DNA of 52,185 nucleotides from Thermoanaerobaculia bacterium (GTDB lineage Bacteria; Acidobacteriota; Thermoanaerobaculia; UBA5066), in assembly GCA_049581965.1 (NCBI GenBank), contig JBAUSZ010000048.1:1-52185 (forward strand). Direction: 5' to 3'. Under the pieces are notes generated by a model that had not been told where the DNA came from, did not search any database, and saw nothing but the letters and a program-made list of their open reading frames with translations. The translations under genes and the position numbers were made by a program. Each line of letters begins with the position of its first letter. The first letter of the stretch is position 1. Of this stretch, positions 1 to 9,091 are shown one piece after another.

Positions 1-876
1 CCCGGCGCGCGTGAGCGCGAGGCCGACGAGGACGACGCCCGCCGCGAGGAGCTTGCCGGCGTCGAAGCGCTCCCCGAGCCACAGCGCCGACGCGACGCCG
101 GCGAGGACGGGCGTGAGGAACCCGAGGCTCGTCGCCTGCGCGACGCCCAGCGTCCGCACGGCCTCCGGCCACAGGCGAAAGGCCAGGGTGAGGGGAAGGA
201 GCGCCGACAGGACGACGATGACCCACGTGCCCGCGTGGACGGCGCGGTAATCCTGGCGGAACATGTCCGGAAGCGCGTAGAGGAGGATCAGGGCCGTGCC
301 GCCCGCGAACGTCGAGGACTGCGCCGTCAGCGGAGACATCCGTCTCCCGACGCGCGACGACGCGACGTTGTAAAGGCCCCAGGACGTCGCGGCGCCGAGG
401 CACAGGAAGTTCCCGGCCGCGCTCCCGAGGCCCCCGCCGCGCGCCGCGTTCACGAAGAGTGCAACGCCCGCCCACGCGACGAGCGCGCCGAACACGGCGA
501 GCACGCCCGGGCGCTCCCAGCCGAGCAGCGCGACGAGGAGCATCGCGACGAGCGGGGAGACGGAGTTCAGGATCGCCGCCGAGAAGCCGGTCGTCGAGGC
601 GAGACCCTGCGCGTAGAGCCACTGGTAGACGCCGACGCCGGAGAGGGCGAGCAAGGCCGCGAGAGAGCGCACGCCCGGAGCCGGGAGGACCCGCTCGCGC
701 CGGATCCGCGCCTCGGCGAGCAGGAAGGCCGTGGCGATCGCGAACCGCCAGCCCGTGAAGGCGAGAGGGGACAGCTCCCGGAACGCCACCTTCATCGCGG
801 GGTAGTTCACCGCCCAGATGAGGATCGAGAGGAGCGCTCCGGCGAGCGCGACCGGCCGCCGTGCCGCGTGTCCCAC
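1..876 (-). CDS. EamA/DMT-family membrane transporter (C-terminal end runs off the window start)
   Basis: My own minus-strand translation from GTG (876-874) reads VGHAARRPVALAGALLSILIWAVNYPAMKVAFRELSPLAFTGWRFAIATAFLL...GVVLVGLALTRAG. It is open and in frame to position 1, strongly hydrophobic and multi-TM, with the two-half EamA pattern. It is absent from the ORF track because it leaves the window. Confidence 0.8.
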   Translation of the reverse strand, partial: MGHAARRPVALAGALLSILIWAVNYPAMKVAFRELSPLAFTGWRFAIATAFLLAEARIRRERVLPAPGVRSLAALLALSGVGVYQWLYAQGLASTTGFSAAILNSVSPLVAMLLVALLGWERPGVLAVFGALVAWAGVALFVNAARGGGLGSAAGNFLCLGAATSWGLYNVASSRVGRRMSPLTAQSSTFAGGTALILLYALPDMFRQDYRAVHAGTWVIVVLSALLPLTLAFRLWPEAVRTLGVAQATSLGFLTPVLAGVASALWLGERFDAGKLLAAGVVLVGLALTRAG

Positions 877-978
877 CGCCGGACTCTCTCACGGGCTGCT
901 ATATTCCGTTTCGCTTCCGACACCCGGAGGCGGGATCCCCGCCCCCACCGGGCCCGATCGCGGAGGTCACCGAACGCC

Positions 979-1986
979 ATGCTCGAGGTACAGGGACTTT
1001 CGAAGTCGTTCTACGGAACTCCGGCCGTCGAGGACGTGAGCTTCCGCGTCGAGACGGGAGAAATCCTCGGATTTCTCGGCCCGAACGGCGCCGGGAAGAC
1101 GACGACGATGCGAATGATCACGGGCTTCCTGCCGCCCACGGCCGGACGAGTGCTTCTCGCCGACGTGGACGTCACGGAGAAGCCGCTGGAGGCCAAGCGC
1201 GAGCTCGGCTACCTGCCCGAGACCCTCGCGCTCTACCCGGAGATGAGGGTCCGCGAGTACGTGGGATTCCGCGCCGAGCTCTGCGGGGTGCCGGGCCGCG
1301 AGAAGAAGGCTCGCGTGGACGAGGCGATCCAGAAGTGCTTCGTCGACGACGTCGCCGGAACGCCGATCGGAAACCTCTCGAAGGGCTACCGGCAGCGCGT
1401 CGGGCTCGCGGGGGCGCTCGTGCATCGGCCGAAGGTCCTCGTCCTCGACGAGCCCACCGTCGGCCTCGACCCGCGGCAGATCGTGAAGGTCCGCGACCTG
1501 ATCCGCGACCTGAGGAAAGACCACACGATCCTCCTTTCGACGCACATCCTCCCCGAGGTCGAGGTCCTCTGCGACCGCGTCCTCATCATCGACCGCGCGC
1601 GCATCGTGGCGTCCGGCACGCCCGGCATGCTCCGTCACGATTCGTCGCAGGCGCCCACCGTCACCGTGACCCTCAAGGGCGAGGTTTCCGAGGCCGACGC
1701 GGTCCTTCGCCGGCTTCCGGGCGTCACGCGCGCCTCCCGCATCGGCGCCGGGGGTGAGACGCGGGTCTCGCTCGCCGGCGAGGCGGGGTCCGATCTGCGC
1801 GAACCGGTGTTCCGCGAAGTCCTCGCGCGCGGCTGGACCCTCCTCGAGCTGACGCCCCGCCAGGCGTCGCTCGAGGACGTCTTCGTGCGCCTCGTCTCCC
1901 GCGAAGCAGCGGCGGAGGCCGACGCACAGCCGGGCGACGACTCCAACCTCCCGACACCGGCCTCCGGAACGGGGATCGCGCCGTGA
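979..1986 (+). CDS. ABC transporter ATP-binding protein (ABC-2 / GldA-like)
   Basis: ATG at 979 (MLEVQGLSKSF...). Walker A GPNGAGKTT, signature LSKGYRQRV, Walker B LVLDEPT. The upstream 248 aa of track ORF 235..1986 is antisense to the EamA gene and is discarded. GGAGG lies about 12 nt upstream. Confidence 0.9.
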   Translation: MLEVQGLSKSFYGTPAVEDVSFRVETGEILGFLGPNGAGKTTTMRMITGFLPPTAGRVLLADVDVTEKPLEAKRELGYLPETLALYPEMRVREYVGFRAELCGVPGREKKARVDEAIQKCFVDDVAGTPIGNLSKGYRQRVGLAGALVHRPKVLVLDEPTVGLDPRQIVKVRDLIRDLRKDHTILLSTHILPEVEVLCDRVLIIDRARIVASGTPGMLRHDSSQAPTVTVTLKGEVSEADAVLRRLPGVTRASRIGAGGETRVSLAGEAGSDLREPVFREVLARGWTLLELTPRQASLEDVFVRLVSREAAAEADAQPGDDSNLPTPASGTGIAP

Positions 1987-2729
1987 ACGCGCTCAAGGCC
2001 TTCGTCGCGATCGTGAAGAGGGAGTTCTTCTCCTATTTCGTCTCGCCCCTCGCGTACGTCGTCCTCACGGCTTTTCTCCTCATCCAGGGCTACACCTTCT
2101 ACCTGATCGTCCTCGCCCTCAACCAGCCGGAGACGCCCCGCACGGCGCTCATGTCCCTCTTTTTCACGAGCGTCTTCTACTGGATCTTCATGATGCTCGT
2201 CTCGTCGGTCATCGCGATGCGGCTCCTGTCCGAGGAGCGCAAGACCGGCTCGATCGAGGCCCTTCTGACCGCCCCGGTTTCCGAGGCGACGGTCGTCGCT
2301 GGAAAGTTCACGGCGGGCTGGTGCTTCTTCCTCTTCCTCTGGCTGCCGACCGTGCTCTACCCGGTCCTCCTCTCCCGTTTCGGGACGCTCGACTGGGGGC
2401 CGATCGCCTCGGGGTACCTCGGGATCGCCCTCGTCGGCGCCCTCTTCATCGCGGCGGGAACGTTCGCCTCGGCCCTCACGAAGAACCAGATCGTCGCGGC
2501 GATCGTCGGGTTCGTCTTCATCCTCGGCGTCTTCATCGTCGGCGTGTTCCGCGACTTCGTGATGGACCCCGCGTGGCGCGACGCTCTCTCGTACCTGAAC
2601 CTCCTCGAGCACATGGACGACTTCTCCCGTGGCATCGTCGACACGCGGCGGGTTCTCTACGTCGCGTCGACGGTGGTCTTCTTCCTCTTCCTGTCCACGC
2701 GCGCCCTCGAGGCGAACAAGGGCCGGTGA
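1983..2729 (+). CDS. ABC-2 type transporter permease (GldF-like)
   Basis: GTG start overlaps the upstream TGA (GTGA). 248 aa with about six hydrophobic helices. Sits between the ATPase and the GldG-like gene. Confidence 0.85.
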   Translation: MNALKAFVAIVKREFFSYFVSPLAYVVLTAFLLIQGYTFYLIVLALNQPETPRTALMSLFFTSVFYWIFMMLVSSVIAMRLLSEERKTGSIEALLTAPVSEATVVAGKFTAGWCFFLFLWLPTVLYPVLLSRFGTLDWGPIASGYLGIALVGALFIAAGTFASALTKNQIVAAIVGFVFILGVFIVGVFRDFVMDPAWRDALSYLNLLEHMDDFSRGIVDTRRVLYVASTVVFFLFLSTRALEANKGR

Positions 2730-2730
2730 G

Positions 2731-4215
2731 ATGACCACCGTGACGCCGTCCACCCGCAGCGCGTTCCGCGCGACCCTCGCGCTCTCCGTCGTCCTCGGGC
2801 TCGGGATCCTCGGGCTCGTGAACTACGTCGGCTCCCGCCGCTACGCCCGCTTCGACTGGACGGGCAGCGGCCTCTACTCGCTCTCCGAGAAGACGCGCAA
2901 CGTCCTCAAGGAGCTCAAGACAGGGGTGAACGTCACCGTGTTCATGACGCCCGGAACGCCTCTCTACCCGGAGGTGGACGAGCTCCTCAAGCGATACAAG
3001 GCCGCCGGTGCGATGCTGACGGTCGAGACGCTCGACCCGACGCGCAACCCCGTGCGTGCGAAGGCGTTCGTCGAGGAGACGGGCGTGCGCAACCTCGCCG
3101 TCGTCTTCCGCGCGGGCGACCGCAAGAAGATCGTGACCGAGGACCGCATCGTCGAATACGACTTCTCGCGCGCGCGGATGGGCGGCGAGCCGACCGTCAA
3201 GAACTTCCGCGGCGAGCAGGAGTTCACGTCCGCGATCCTCGCCGTGACGCAGCAGAAGACCCCGAAGGTCGTCTTCACCGCCGGCCACGGCGAGCATCGC
3301 TTCGACTCGCCGCGCGCCAAGGACGGATTCTCCGAGGTCGCGGAATCTCTCAAGAACGACAACTGCACGGTCGAGGAATGGGCGTCGCTCGGCGCGGCCG
3401 ACGTCCCGTCCGGGACGGACCTCGTCATCGTCGCGGGTCCGCGCACGGCCTTCACGGAGGGTGAACGCGAGACGCTCCGCCGGTTCCTCGACGCCGGCGG
3501 GCGGGCGCTGCTCTTCCTCGACGTCGAGCTGACGCCCGGCAGCCCCTCGCTCTCCGACTTCGGTCTCGGGGAGCTCCTCGGTGCGATGGGACTCAGGCTC
3601 GACAGCGACGTCGTCCTCGACCCGAAGAACGCGCTCCCTCTCATGGGGCCGGAGACCGTCTTCGCGAAGTCGTTCCGCAGCCACCCCGTGACGCGCCTCC
3701 TGACCGGGACGGCGGTGGTCTTCCCGCTCGCGCGTTCCGTGAGCGTTTCCGAGAAGCCCGCCCCGGGCTGGAAGGCGACGGCGCTCGTCGAGACGTCCCC
3801 GGACGGCTGGGGCGAGACCAACATCAAGGAACTCCAGCGGAGCGGCCGGCCCTCGAAGGACGAGAACGACGTCAAGGGACCCGTGTGCCTCGCGGCCGCC
3901 GCGGAATCGGACGCTCCCGCCGACGCGAAAGCCGGACCGGCGAAGAAGCGCTCCCGGGTCGTCGTCTTCGGCGATGCGGACTGGGCGTCGAACGCGGGGA
4001 TCGCGAATGCGGCCAACCGGCTTCTTCTCTCCTCGGCCGCGAACTGGGCACTCGAGCGAGAGGCGCTCGTCGCGATCCCTCCCAAGAACGCCGACCAGGT
4101 CGCCGTGACGCTCTCGCGCCGCGACGTCGCCACGATCGCCTTCTTCGTCCTGCTCCTTCTGCCGCTCGCGGCGGTTGCCATGGGGCTCGCGATCTGGGTG
4201 AAAAGGCGCCGCTAG
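2731..4215 (+). CDS. GldG-family ABC-transporter auxiliary protein
   Basis: ATG at 2731, 1 nt after the permease stop. N-terminal TM (LALSVVLGLGILGLV), a large periplasmic body and a C-terminal TM (IAFFVLLLLPLAAVAMGLAIWV). This is the typical GldG architecture and gene order. Confidence 0.8.
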   Translation: MTTVTPSTRSAFRATLALSVVLGLGILGLVNYVGSRRYARFDWTGSGLYSLSEKTRNVLKELKTGVNVTVFMTPGTPLYPEVDELLKRYKAAGAMLTVETLDPTRNPVRAKAFVEETGVRNLAVVFRAGDRKKIVTEDRIVEYDFSRARMGGEPTVKNFRGEQEFTSAILAVTQQKTPKVVFTAGHGEHRFDSPRAKDGFSEVAESLKNDNCTVEEWASLGAADVPSGTDLVIVAGPRTAFTEGERETLRRFLDAGGRALLFLDVELTPGSPSLSDFGLGELLGAMGLRLDSDVVLDPKNALPLMGPETVFAKSFRSHPVTRLLTGTAVVFPLARSVSVSEKPAPGWKATALVETSPDGWGETNIKELQRSGRPSKDENDVKGPVCLAAAAESDAPADAKAGPAKKRSRVVVFGDADWASNAGIANAANRLLLSSAANWALEREALVAIPPKNADQVAVTLSRRDVATIAFFVLLLLPLAAVAMGLAIWVKRRR

Positions 4216-4218
4216 AGA

Positions 4219-5661
4219 ATGTCGACGCGCAAGCTGCTCGTCCTGACCGGCGTTTTCCTCGCTCTCCTCGCCTTCGTCGTGTTCTTCGAGCGCAAGCAGC
4301 CGACTTCGGAGGATCGCGCGAAGGCCGCGAGGCGCCTCGCCCAGTTCAAGCCCGAGGAGGTCGTCTCCGTCACGATCGAGCGCCCGGACCTTCCGAAGGT
4401 CGATCTCGCTCGCAGGGAAAAGGGACGCTGGTTGGTCCTGAATCCGCCGGCCTCGGCGGCCGACGGTTTCTCCGCGGACAACCTCATCGGGGATCTGGCC
4501 CGTCTCGAGGTCGTCGGCGACACCCGCACCGCGTTCGACCCGAAGGAGTTCGGGCTGGATGCCCCGAAGGCGAAGGCGACGCTCGCCTTCGCCGACAAGT
4601 CGTCGAAGGTCTTCTCGTTCGGCGCGCCGATTCCCGGCACCGACGCCGTCGCCGCAGCGGAGGGCAAGCTCTTCGGCGCGGTCCGGTCCGCGCCCCTGGC
4701 GGCGCTCACGAAGCCGGTCGACGAATACCGCAGTCGGCAGCTCTTCGACGTGCCCGTCGGGGAGATCACGCGCGTGAGCGTGACGCGGGGACCGAACTCG
4801 GTCGTCGTGTCGCGCACGGTGCAGGGCGGTGCCGCACCGGGAGCGTGGCGTCTGGAAAAACCCGTCGCGGACCTCGCCTCCGAGTCGTTCGTCGACCGGT
4901 TCCTCGGCGACCTCGCGGGCGTGCGGATCTCGGAGTTTGCGTCCGTTCCCGAGGCGGACCTTGCGCGCGTGGGCCTCGCGCCGCCCGTGGTGACGGTCGT
5001 TCTCGAGAAGGGCCCCGAGAAGGTCGCGACGATCGGGTTCGGCGCCGCGAAGGCGGAGGCCGCGGGAGGCAGGATGTACGCGAGGGTCGGCGTGCTCGTC
5101 GTCGTCATCGACGACCGGGTCCGCGAGGACCTCGACAAGGAGCTCTCGGCCTACCGCGAGAGCCGCGTGGCACCCGTGGACACGTTCACCCTGCGGCGCA
5201 TTTCCTTCGCCGCCGACGACCTTCGCGCGGGGGCCGACAAGGTCGACGGCCAGTGGCGCTCCGCCGGACGCCCGGTGGCGGCGCTCCACGCCGAGGGGCT
5301 TGCGGCCGTCCTCGCGCGCGCCGAGGGCCGCGGATTCATCCCGGCGAAGCCGGGGAAAGTTGCGCCCGAAAAATCGCTCGCCACGGTGGAGGTCGTGGGG
5401 GAAGCGGAGGGAACGACGCGGAACGCCACGTTCTACGCGGCTCCCGCCGGATCGCCGCCGGATCTCGTGGCCGTGGACGTCACGGGACGTCCGGAACGCA
5501 TTCTCGTGGACAAGGCGATTCTCGACGAGATCCGCCGGGAGGCCGCGGCCCTTCGGAACGAGGCGGACGGCAAGCCGAAGGACGCGAAGGGGAGAGCGCC
5601 GGCGAAGCCGGAGCCGACGCGGGCCCCCGGCCGCCCCGTGAAGGCCGCTCCCCCCCGCTAG
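4219..5661 (+). CDS. DUF4340-like protein, N-terminally anchored, partner of the GldG-type system
   Basis: Starts 4 nt after the GldG stop. N-terminal TM (LLVLTGVFLALLAFVVFF), a beta-rich body and a Lys/Pro/Ala-rich tail. The position downstream of GldG matches the common four-gene arrangement. Confidence 0.7.
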   Translation: MSTRKLLVLTGVFLALLAFVVFFERKQPTSEDRAKAARRLAQFKPEEVVSVTIERPDLPKVDLARREKGRWLVLNPPASAADGFSADNLIGDLARLEVVGDTRTAFDPKEFGLDAPKAKATLAFADKSSKVFSFGAPIPGTDAVAAAEGKLFGAVRSAPLAALTKPVDEYRSRQLFDVPVGEITRVSVTRGPNSVVVSRTVQGGAAPGAWRLEKPVADLASESFVDRFLGDLAGVRISEFASVPEADLARVGLAPPVVTVVLEKGPEKVATIGFGAAKAEAAGGRMYARVGVLVVVIDDRVREDLDKELSAYRESRVAPVDTFTLRRISFAADDLRAGADKVDGQWRSAGRPVAALHAEGLAAVLARAEGRGFIPAKPGKVAPEKSLATVEVVGEAEGTTRNATFYAAPAGSPPDLVAVDVTGRPERILVDKAILDEIRREAAALRNEADGKPKDAKGRAPAKPEPTRAPGRPVKAAPPR

Positions 5662-5664
5662 CGG

Positions 5665-7221
5665 TCAGCCCTTCTTCGGCGACTCGGGGGCGGAGCGGGT
5701 CGACGCCGGGCCGCCCGCGTCTCTCGAGGGGCCGCCGCTCTCCTCGCGCCGGAAACCCAGCGCGTGCGCCCGCTCGTCGGCGGCCTTTTCGAGCGACGCG
5801 AGCCGCTGGAGCCGCTCGGTCTCCCGTGCTTTCTCCATCTGCTCGGTCTTTTTCTTGGCCGAGCCGAGGAGGGTGCTGGCCGCGAGGACGAGCTTGAGGT
5901 GGATCTGGCCGGTGAACTTGGCGTTCTCGCCGAACGCGCCCACGAACGACGAGCCGCCGAGACGCGCCTCCGTGAAGTCGGCGCCGCCGATGTTCGCCTG
6001 CTTGAAGAGTGCGCCGTCGAGTTTGGCGCCCACGAGCTGGGCGAAACGCAGGTCGCTCGCGGAGAAATCGGCGTTCTCGGCCTCCACGCCGAACAGATTT
6101 GCGCCCGAGAGGTTCGCCCCGACCGCATTTGCTTCCGAGAGGCGCGCCCGTTTGAGGTTCGCCTTCCGGAGGTTGGCGCGCGCGATCTTCGTCTTCGCCA
6201 TGATGCAGCCCTCGAGGTTCGCTTCCTGGAGGTCCGCCCCGGAGAGGTCCGACTCCGTGAAGTTCGAGCCGCGCAGGTTCGCGCGGGGCCCCATCGCCTC
6301 GGCGAGCCGGGCGCCCGTGAAGTTCACGAGTTTCATGCGCGGCGTCCTGAGGTCCATCTTGTCGAGAGCGGCGGCCGTGAGATCGGTCTCCTCGAGCTGG
6401 GCGTTCAGGAAGCTCGCGTTTCGCAGGTCCGCGCGGTGTGCGCTCGTCTTCTTCATGACGGCATCGGTGAAGTTTGCGCCCTGGGCGACGGCGCGCTCGA
6501 AGTCGGCCTCGGAGACGTCCGCGCCCGTGAAATCGGCCGTCGTGAGATCGGAACCCCTGAAGACCGTGCGCTGGAGCTTGGCGCCCCGAAAGGACGTCCC
6601 GGAGAGTTTCGAGTCGCGAAAGAAGGCGAGCGTGAGGTTCGCCTTGTCGAATTTCCCGGCCTTGTAGGTGACTCCGTCGAAGACCGCCTGCGTCAAGTCG
6701 CAGCCCTCGAAGACGCAGCGGTCGATGGTGGCGCCGCGGAAGTTCGCGTAGAGAAGGCGCCCGTAGGAGAAATCGGTCGCCGTGAAGTCGGTCCCGTCCA
6801 GCTTGGCGCCGGTGAAGTCGGCGGCCTGCATCACGGCCTCGCGAACGGTCGCGCTGCGAAGCGTCGTGTTGCGGAAGATCGCCCCCACGAAGGACACCCG
6901 GTCGAGCAGGAGGTAGTCCATGTCGATGTCCGAGAGGTCCGCGCGGTCGAGCTTCGAGCCGTTGAACGAGGCCCCCGTCACGTGGGTGCGCGAGAGGTTC
7001 GCGCCTTCCAGGTTGCACCCCTCGAGCTTCGAGCGCGAGAGGTCCGCACCGGACAGGTTCTTGCCGGAGAGGTCGGCACCCTGGAGCCGCATGTCGGTGA
7101 AGTCGGGAGTGAAGGCCGGCCGGGCGGCGCGCCAGTCGTTCCAGTCGGGCTTTTGGAGCAGGTCGAGGTGTTCCGGATTCACGCACCGTAGTCTACCGAA
7201 GCCTGTTAAATTTGGGCACAT
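5665..7221 (-). CDS. Pentapeptide-repeat protein (518 aa as drawn; start uncertain)
   Basis: About 400 aa of uninterrupted A(D/N)LxG-type pentads (ADLSGKNLSGADLSRSKLEGCNLEGANLSRT...). N-terminal WNDWR motif. C-terminal hydrophobic stretch plus a charged coiled-coil-like tail. The ATG at 7221 overlaps the divergent AAA gene ATG (CATG at 7219-7222); an alternative GTG start is at 7182. Confidence 0.85.
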   Translation of the reverse strand: MCPNLTGFGRLRCVNPEHLDLLQKPDWNDWRAARPAFTPDFTDMRLQGADLSGKNLSGADLSRSKLEGCNLEGANLSRTHVTGASFNGSKLDRADLSDIDMDYLLLDRVSFVGAIFRNTTLRSATVREAVMQAADFTGAKLDGTDFTATDFSYGRLLYANFRGATIDRCVFEGCDLTQAVFDGVTYKAGKFDKANLTLAFFRDSKLSGTSFRGAKLQRTVFRGSDLTTADFTGADVSEADFERAVAQGANFTDAVMKKTSAHRADLRNASFLNAQLEETDLTAAALDKMDLRTPRMKLVNFTGARLAEAMGPRANLRGSNFTESDLSGADLQEANLEGCIMAKTKIARANLRKANLKRARLSEANAVGANLSGANLFGVEAENADFSASDLRFAQLVGAKLDGALFKQANIGGADFTEARLGGSSFVGAFGENAKFTGQIHLKLVLAASTLLGSAKKKTEQMEKARETERLQRLASLEKAADERAHALGFRREESGGPSRDAGGPASTRSAPESPKKG

Positions 7222-8707
7222 GGCCGAAGCACCGGTCCGGGGCCCGGAGCGCCTGCGGCGGGCGCTCCTCGGGGGCTACCCGCTCTTGTACGTCGTTTCA
7301 TGGGAAGAAGGGCGCGTGGAGAGGGCGGTGCAGGCCCTCGCCCAGAAGTTCTACGAGAAGCCCGTCCCGTTCTCCGTCTGGACCTGCGTGGATGGCCTGA
7401 CGTGCGGCCCGGACCGCAAGCCGGAGACCGCCGACCCCGTGAAGGCCCTCGAGGCGATCCTCGCCGAGTCCGGCCCCGGCTTCGTCCTCCTGAAGGACCT
7501 GACGGACCACCTCAGGAGGCCGGAGGTCATCCGGCGCCTGCGTGACGCCTACCGGTCCCTCCGCGGAAAGGGCCGATTCCTCATCCTCGTTTCTCCGCGT
7601 CTCGTCGTTCCCGACGACCTCCGCAAGGAGATCCACGTCCTCGACTACGACCTGCCGGACGAGACCGAGATCCTGTTTCTCCTCGGCCAGCTCGGCAAGA
7701 GGTTCTTCGGCGAGAAGGGCCTCGTGGAAGCCGACGCGAAGAAGCTCGCGATGGCCCTCAAGGGCCTGACCTCGGACGAGACCGAGCACGTCGTGTCGAA
7801 GGTGTTCTCGCGGAGGCCCGTCTTCGACGACGCCACGTACTTCGAGGTCCTCGCCGAAAAGGAACAGGCGACCCGGAAAGAGGGCGTCCTCGAGTTCGTG
7901 CCGCCGCGCTTCTCGCTGGACGACATCGGGGGGCTCGAGAACCTCAAGGAGTGGCTCCTCAAGCGGAAGAGCCTCTTCACGAAAGAGGCCCTCGACGCGG
8001 GGATTCCGGTCCCCAAAGGCATCCTCATGATGGGCATCTCGGGCTGCGGGAAGTCGCTCTCCGTCAAGGCGATCTCCGCGCTGTGGAACCTGCCGCTCTT
8101 CCGCCTCGACATGAACCTCGTCTTCGGGACCGACAATCCCGAGCAGACCTTTCAGCGCGCCCTCCGCACCGTGGAATCCCTGGCGCCGGCGCTGCTCTGG
8201 ATCGACGAGATCGAAATGGCGATCACGGGCGGACGCGAAGCCGGCCAGGGCGACGCGTCGCTCGGGCGGATCTTCTCGACCTTCCTGACGTGGATGCAGG
8301 AGAAGCAGGGCCTCGTGTTCGTCGCGGCCACGGCGAACCGCATCCACCTCCTGCCGGCCGAAGTCATTCGCAAGGGCCGCTTCGACCAGGTTTTCTTCCT
8401 CGACCTCCCGAACGAGAACGAGCGCAAGTCCATCTTCAACGTCCATATCCGCAAGGTGGGTGCGGACCCGAGCCTCTTCGACGTCCTGTTCCTCTCGAAG
8501 GCGACGAAAGGTTTCGTCGGGTCGGAGATCGAGGCTGCGGTTCAGGCTTCCGCGATCGAGGCGTTCAACCAGGGTCGCAAGGTCACGGAGGACGATCTCT
8601 CGAAGATGATCACGTACACGGTTCCGCTCTCGCGAACGATGGACGAGCAAATCAAGGCCATCAAGAGCTGGGCGCACGACCGCGCGATGCCGGCCTCGAA
8701 GGCCTGA
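7220..8707 (+). CDS. AAA+ ATPase, Ycf46-like family
   Basis: ATG at 7220 (MAEAPVRGPERL...). Walker A GISGCGKSL, Walker B LLWIDEIE, then VFVAATANRIHLLPAEVIRKGRFDQVFFLDLP. The N-terminal roughly 250-aa non-ATPase domain is typical of Ycf46-type proteins. The upstream part of track ORF 6920..8707 is antisense to the pentapeptide gene. Confidence 0.85.
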   Translation: MAEAPVRGPERLRRALLGGYPLLYVVSWEEGRVERAVQALAQKFYEKPVPFSVWTCVDGLTCGPDRKPETADPVKALEAILAESGPGFVLLKDLTDHLRRPEVIRRLRDAYRSLRGKGRFLILVSPRLVVPDDLRKEIHVLDYDLPDETEILFLLGQLGKRFFGEKGLVEADAKKLAMALKGLTSDETEHVVSKVFSRRPVFDDATYFEVLAEKEQATRKEGVLEFVPPRFSLDDIGGLENLKEWLLKRKSLFTKEALDAGIPVPKGILMMGISGCGKSLSVKAISALWNLPLFRLDMNLVFGTDNPEQTFQRALRTVESLAPALLWIDEIEMAITGGREAGQGDASLGRIFSTFLTWMQEKQGLVFVAATANRIHLLPAEVIRKGRFDQVFFLDLPNENERKSIFNVHIRKVGADPSLFDVLFLSKATKGFVGSEIEAAVQASAIEAFNQGRKVTEDDLSKMITYTVPLSRTMDEQIKAIKSWAHDRAMPASKA

Positions 8708-8719
8708 CGCGGCGATCGA

Positions 8720-9079
8720 TCAGGGCAACGGCGGGGGAGGCGGCGAGCCCGCCTCGGCGGCGACGACGACGGCCGTTCCGTAGCAGAGCACCTCGGTGAC
8801 GCCCTGCATGAGCTCCGTCGCGTCGTAGCGCACGCCGACGACGGCGTTGGCCCCGACGTTCCGAGCGTGGGAGAGCATCATGTCGAAGGCCTCGTTGCGG
8901 GTCTTCTCGCAGAGCTCGGTGAAGAGCGAGATGTTCCCGCCGACGAGCGTCTGGAGCGAGCCGCCGATCGTCCCGAAGATCGAGCGCGAGCGCACGGTGA
9001 TCCCGCGCACGACGCCGAGTGTGCGCGTGACACGGTAGCCGTCGAGCGTGAAGGCGGTCGTCGTCATCGGATGCGTCAT
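8720..9079 (-). CDS. YbjQ/UPF0145 family protein
   Basis: 119 aa. [65 protein letters not shown] matches the YbjQ signature. Confidence 0.85.
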   Translation of the reverse strand: MTHPMTTTAFTLDGYRVTRTLGVVRGITVRSRSIFGTIGGSLQTLVGGNISLFTELCEKTRNEAFDMMLSHARNVGANAVVGVRYDATELMQGVTEVLCYGTAVVVAAEAGSPPPPPLP

Positions 9080-9091
9080 CCCTTCATCTTC

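Noticed and set aside
235-978. N-terminal 248 aa of the 583-aa ORF that ends as the ABC ATPase.
   Set aside because: This part is antisense to the EamA transporter gene and has shadow-ORF composition. The ATPase family begins at the ATG at 979, which has an upstream GGAGG.
2533-5289. Very long ORFs on the opposite strand or in other frames. Examples: 2533..5289 (-) 918 aa, 13892..17464 (-) 1190 aa, 30890..33304 (-) 804 aa, 40918..43668 (-) 916 aa, 44656..48207 (+) 1183 aa, 31240..33975 (+) N-terminal part.
   Set aside because: Their translations are monotonous Arg/Gly/Pro/Ala/Asp-rich strings without motifs. Each lies antisense to, or out of frame with, a gene that has clear family signatures. 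These are the typical stop-codon-poor shadow frames of GC-rich DNA.
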